Notes under the pieces: generated by a model
Databases searched by the model: none
Told to the model about the DNA's origin: nothing
The model's input: only the letters and a program-made list of their open reading frames with translations
Translations under genes and position numbers: made by a program
Source: Squalus acanthias
Taxonomy: Eukaryota
Length of the DNA stretch: 64,000 nt
Direction: 5' to 3'
Assembly: GCA_030390025.1 (NCBI GenBank)
Contig: JASTWF010000331.1
Coordinates: 434,001-498,000 of the forward strand
Shown: one piece after another, positions 62,400 to 64,000 of the stretch
Layout: each line of letters opens with the position of its first letter
How positions within the stretch are numbered: the first letter of the stretch is position 1

Positions 62400-63040
62400 G
62401 CACAATTTCTGCCACGTATACTATGCTGTCTCCCGCGGGTCTATGTTGGGACTACTGCTCTTCTTGATATATATTAATGACCTTGACCGTTATGGAGGGC
62501 ATAATTTCAGAGTTTGCGGATAAGTTAAATCTTGTAAATGTAGTAAACAGTGAGGAGGACAGTGCCAGTCTTCAGAAGGACACAGAGAGATTAGTGAAAT
62601 GGGCAGACATTAAGCAGATGACATGAAGACTGACCACTACCTCAGCCCTGTCCTCTCTCTCCTAAAGACGATCCCTTTTTTGCCCCTAATCGGCCCCACC
62701 TTTCATTTGACTATCTTTTTACTCTTTAAATGTTTAAAAAATAATGTTGTGTTCCCTTTTACCCTACATTTTATTTGCCCCCTCTTATTTCTATTGTCAG
62801 TTCCGCTCTGCACTCTTTAAATGCATCTTGGTTCTCTAATGTAACGTGAACCTGACAGTTATCATGAGCCTGATTTTTCCGCTTTATTTTATCCTCAGTT
62901 TCTTCGGTCATCAAGGGAACTCCAGCTTTGGAAGACCGTCCTTTGCCCCTCTAGGAATGTGTCTAATTTTTGACCGTACTATCTCCTCTTTGAAGACTTC
63001 TCGTAAGTCATTTACGGTTTTGCCAGCCAACTTCTGATTA
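62400..63040. mobile_element. Degenerate CR1 fragments (plus ~62420-62620; minus ~62620-63040)
   Basis: 'ttcttgatatatattaatgacct...gagtttgcggat' is the RT motif region; the second part resembles 24320-24750. Confidence 0.55.
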
Positions 63041-64000
63041 ATTATTAGTAGGATAGAAAATACTGTCTACTGTTTATTGAACAGTAAGGTTTATTATGTC
63101 AACCGAGTAAAGTCATCCAATTTATATCGGACATCAGGGATAAATCAACTTAGGTTTTTATTAATATTAACAGAAAGCGCAGGCAGGACATACTTCTATA
63201 CATATTTCTAACCAATCTAGGCGATTATATCGATATGGAATACGAAAGAATGACTGAAAGTGAACGTATTTCTACACATAGAAGAACAATGCCAGATGGC
63301 TTGTTCGAAACATATCAATGCTGTAATTATTAACATGTGATCATTAATTGTAACATGCGGCGACAGAAGCAGTTGGTAATGTCGTGACAAATACACTCAA
63401 CTCTCAATGGAATGTTTGATTTATTTATGTAGAAGGTAACACAATTGTGCATGGTTCTACTCACCGCACGGTACCAGTATAATTGCCACTGAAACATTAA
63501 CCTGTTGCCTTCAAACTAACTATAATTATGACAAAAACCCTTTTTTAGGCTTCTTAAATTGCATTAACCTGACTTTTGAATTGTTCATCTGTGTTTTCTT
63601 TTTATTATATACTATTCTACAGAGAGCTGCAACTATACAATGAGTTAGCGTCTTACAGACTGGAGAGTGGTGAAACGGAGGACTGAATACCGGAATCACA
63701 TAATGCAGAGGGCTGTAACTGTGGGCTGAGTTATGGACTCGCACTCAAGAAAGGCACGTAACTGTGGACTGAATTATGGACTTCGTCTAGGGAAGGGAGT
63801 ACCGGTAGAATGGCTTAGGGTCTCACAGGCTAGAGAGGGCTGTAACTGTGGGCTGGATAGATCCGTTATGTTGGTGTTAATTAAATGTTGTCCAATCGAT
63901 CTTCTATCAATATATTTTATGGAATTATTGTATAAATTAACAGGTTTAAACTTTGTTTCATTTCATGTTAATTTACTGAACTAAAAATAAAATATACATG

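Overview
Repeat-dense eukaryotic DNA, most likely from a cartilaginous fish (shark), judged from HE1/V-SINE and DeuSINE-type SINEs and abundant CR1, L2 and Penelope elements. The only host genes I can support are two paralogous two-exon class A GPCRs of the orphan GPR139/GPR142-like type, arranged head to head. Gene 1 is on the minus strand (exons 19982-19916 and 13134-12257) and appears to be decaying. Gene 2 is on the plus strand (exons 39324-39390 and 43137-44041) and is intact at 323 aa. The ORF track misses both 67-nt first exons. The genes share a TATA box 92 nt upstream of the ATG, a conserved promoter and 5'UTR, and an 18-bp repeat at an equivalent upstream position that varies from about 4 to about 400 copies between cassettes. 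A third, promoter-truncated copy of the upstream cassette lies at about 4170-7965. The rest of the window holds two Penelope-like elements (RT + GIY-YIG) with minimal hammerhead ribozyme motifs, two decayed env-bearing LTR elements, a 5' LTR with a tRNA-Leu primer-binding site, a solo LTR, nested SINEs, many LINE fragments, and 18-, 21-, 65-, 76- and 84-bp tandem arrays. All calls were made by eye without database searches, and repeat boundaries are approximate.
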